Below are positions 61,814 to 64,000 of a DNA stretch of 64,000 bases, piece by piece (position 1 is the stretch's first letter; every line of letters starts with the position of its first letter). Under the pieces are notes generated by a model. It saw only the letters and a list, made by a program, of their open reading frames with translations. It was not told the origin of the DNA and searched no databases. A program made the translations under genes and the position numbers. Source of the DNA: Akkermansiaceae bacterium (GTDB lineage: Bacteria > Verrucomicrobiota > Verrucomicrobiia > Verrucomicrobiales > Akkermansiaceae); the NCBI GenBank assembly GCA_051251915.1, contig JBPOGF010000006.1, positions 32,001 through 96,000 of the forward strand, in the 5' to 3' direction.

Positions 61814-62488
61814 TTATTGGGTGAGGGTGGATTGGATTTTTTTGAAGAGGTTGGTGGCGATGATTTGTTGGCCTTGTTGGTTTGGGTGGATGAGGTCTGG
61901 TTGGTTTAGTTTTGGGTCGCCGGAGATGCCTTTGATTAGGCTGGGGTAGAGGGGGACTTTGGTTTTGTCTGCTACTTGTTGGAAGGTGGTGAGGAATTTT
62001 GTTTTGTAGTCGGTGCCCATGTTGGCGGGGACTTCGATGCCTGCTAGGATGATTTTGGCTTTGGGTTGGTTGGTCTGGATGGTGTTGATGATGGTTAGGA
62101 GGTTTTGTTGGGTTACGGCTGGGGCTATTCCTCGGAGGCCGTCGTTTCCGCCGAGGGCGATGATGATGAGGTCTAGGGGGCGTTTGGTGAGGAGTTTGAC
62201 TCTGCGGACTCCGCCGTTGGTGGTGTCGCCAGATAGGCCGGCGTTGATGCAGGTCCAGTTGAGGTTTTGTTGTTTGGCGAGGTTTTGGATGAGGGCGGGG
62301 TAGGCTTGTGATTTTTGGAGTCCGAGGCCTGCTGTGATGCTGTCTCCTAGGAAGATGATTCTGCGGTTTGGGGTGTCGGTGGTGGGTGGTTGATCTTGGG
62401 CGTGTGTTTGTTGGGGGCTTATGGTGAGGAGGGTGAAGCAGATGAGAGAAATTATGCTAGAAGCTGTTTGTGAAAAGGCAGATATCAT
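61814..62488 (-). CDS. tesA: TesA-like GDSL arylesterase/thioesterase
   Basis: GDSITAG, NAGLSGDTT, LGGNDGLRG, DLIHPN; divergent from ybbA. Confidence 0.9.
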   Translation of the reverse strand: MISAFSQTASSIISLICFTLLTISPQQTHAQDQPPTTDTPNRRIIFLGDSITAGLGLQKSQAYPALIQNLAKQQNLNWTCINAGLSGDTTNGGVRRVKLLTKRPLDLIIIALGGNDGLRGIAPAVTQQNLLTIINTIQTNQPKAKIILAGIEVPANMGTDYKTKFLTTFQQVADKTKVPLYPSLIKGISGDPKLNQPDLIHPNQQGQQIIATNLFKKIQSTLTQ

Positions 62489-62533
62489 GCATCTTACTTA
62501 TGATCGATTACGGTTATTTGCAAAAACATTCTT

Positions 62534-63211
62534 ATGAACTTTATTTTAGAAACTACTGATCTTACTAAGACTTACCAGAGTGGAACCTCGGAGTTGACTG
62601 TGCTGGATGCTGTGAATATCCAGATTCCTGAGGGTTCTACGGCTTCTATTGTGGGGCCATCTGGGAGTGGGAAGACGACTTTGCTGGGGTTGTGTGCGGG
62701 GTTGGATAGGGCGAGTTCAGGGACGGTGAGGTTGGCGGGGAGTGATATTACTGATTTTAGTGAGGGTGAGAGGGCGAAGTTGCGGAGGGAGTCTATTGGG
62801 TTTATTTTTCAGAATTTCCAGTTGATGCCGAATTTGACGGCGATTGAGAATGTGGTGATTCCTGCGGAGTTGCAGGGGAGGGGTGGTGCTGAGACTGAGC
62901 GGCGGGCTGAGGAGTTGCTGGAGCGGGTGGGGCTGGGGTCACGGATGAGGCATTATCCGAAGCAGTTATCTGGTGGGGAGCAGCAGCGGGTGGCTATTGC
63001 GCGGGCGTTTATTCATGAGCCTAAGGTTTTGTTTGCTGATGAGCCTACGGGGAATCTTGATGAGGAGTCTAGTGTGCTTATTGAGGATATGTTGTTTGAG
63101 ATTAATAAGGAGCTTGGGACTACGTTGGTGTTGGTGACGCATGATAATGAGTTGGCGATGAAGACGGAGCATTTGATTAAGCTTAAGGGTGGGAAGTTGG
63201 TTAGGGAATGA
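62534..63211 (+). CDS. ybbA: ABC transporter ATP-binding protein, YbbA-like
   Basis: GPSGSGKTT, LSGGEQQR, ADEPTGNLD. Confidence 0.92.
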   Translation: MNFILETTDLTKTYQSGTSELTVLDAVNIQIPEGSTASIVGPSGSGKTTLLGLCAGLDRASSGTVRLAGSDITDFSEGERAKLRRESIGFIFQNFQLMPNLTAIENVVIPAELQGRGGAETERRAEELLERVGLGSRMRHYPKQLSGGEQQRVAIARAFIHEPKVLFADEPTGNLDEESSVLIEDMLFEINKELGTTLVLVTHDNELAMKTEHLIKLKGGKLVRE

Positions 63212-64000
63212 TTGCGTTTTTGAGGTCGTTGTTTTCGTCTTGGACTTGGTCTATGGCGTATAGGGATAGTAGGGCTACGAAGTGGAAGTTGGCTTTGTTT
63301 TCTACGTCGATTGTGTTTGGGGTGGCGGCTTTGGTTATTATTGGGTCGTTGAAGAATAATTTGAATGATTCTGTTAGGGGGCAGTCGAAGTCGTTGCTGG
63401 GGGCTGATGTGCAGATCGAGGCGAGGCAGGAGTTTTCTGAGGGGGCTGAGGAGTTGGCGAGGGAGATAGGTGGTGAGCAGGCTAGGGAGGTGTCATTTTC
63501 TACGATGCTGACGGTGGGGGAGAATCCGCGGCCTAGGTTGGTGACGGTGCGTGGTGTGGAGGGTGGGTTTCCGTTTTATGGGGAGGTGGCGACTACGCCT
63601 GCGGGGATGTGGGATGCGGTTCATTCTGAGGAGGGGGTGTTGGTGGAGGAGTCGTTTTTGATTTCTATGAAGGGGAAGGTTGGGGATTTGGTGAGGTTTG
63701 GGAATGTGGAGTTGCCTATTATTGGGACGTTGGATCAGGCTGCGCCTTCGTCATCGGGGTTTGCTTCGATTAATCCGACTTTGGTGGCTTCTTATGATGT
63801 GGTGAAGAGGTCTGATCTGCTGAGTGGTAAGAGTTTGTCATTTCATAGGGTGTATTTTAAGTTGCCTGGGGTAGAGGATCATAAGAAGATGTTGGAAAAT
63901 TATCAGCCGGTGATCGATGGTGAGAGGTTGCGGACGGTGACTGCGACTCAGAGGAGTGAGCGGATAGAGAAGTCGGTTAATAATTTGTATTTGTTTTTGA
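63208..64000 (+). CDS. ybbP: ABC transporter permease, YbbP-like; runs off the right edge
   Basis: Not in the ORF track. ATGA overlap with ybbA; MAYRDSR, SIVFGVAALV, SLLGAD, FPFYG. Confidence 0.85.
   Translation, partial: MIAFLRSLFSSWTWSMAYRDSRATKWKLALFSTSIVFGVAALVIIGSLKNNLNDSVRGQSKSLLGADVQIEARQEFSEGAEELAREIGGEQAREVSFSTMLTVGENPRPRLVTVRGVEGGFPFYGEVATTPAGMWDAVHSEEGVLVEESFLISMKGKVGDLVRFGNVELPIIGTLDQAAPSSSGFASINPTLVASYDVVKRSDLLSGKSLSFHRVYFKLPGVEDHKKMLENYQPVIDGERLRTVTATQRSERIEKSVNNLYLFL

Overview
Bacterial chromosomal window, most consistent with a marine Verrucomicrobiota genome (Rubritalea-like; inferred from four PEP-CTERM genes, many sulfatases and SHD1-like and secretin-like domains). 1-25.5 kb: a NarX/NarL-type two-component pair, then a co-oriented ~21.5 kb locus for degrading sulfated, probably fucose-rich polysaccharide (5 sulfatases, GH141-like beta-helix, GH95-like protein plus an internally deleted paralog, GH168-like, GH117-like, 2 esterases, DUF6786), with no transporter. 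25.6-64 kb: mostly core genes (ybaB, dnaX, ligA, comEC, kdsD, metF, tRNA-Gly, mscS, tesA/ybbA/ybbP) with extreme G/T-over-C/A skew on the + strand. Main hunt results: (1) a non-palindromic 14-mer AAAACTTACCYCYR occurs at least 9 times in both orientations and two reading frames, twice inside comEC, a candidate undescribed DNA-uptake or chromosome-marking sequence; (2) an A9 run in dnaX with close stops in both shifted frames, a candidate tau/gamma slippage site; (3) a repeated -35/-10/6-nt/start-codon layout suggesting widespread leaderless mRNAs; (4) a coupled three-gene cluster built from repeated mini-secretin-like modules. All calls are by eye from sequence and the ORF track; no database searches were run.
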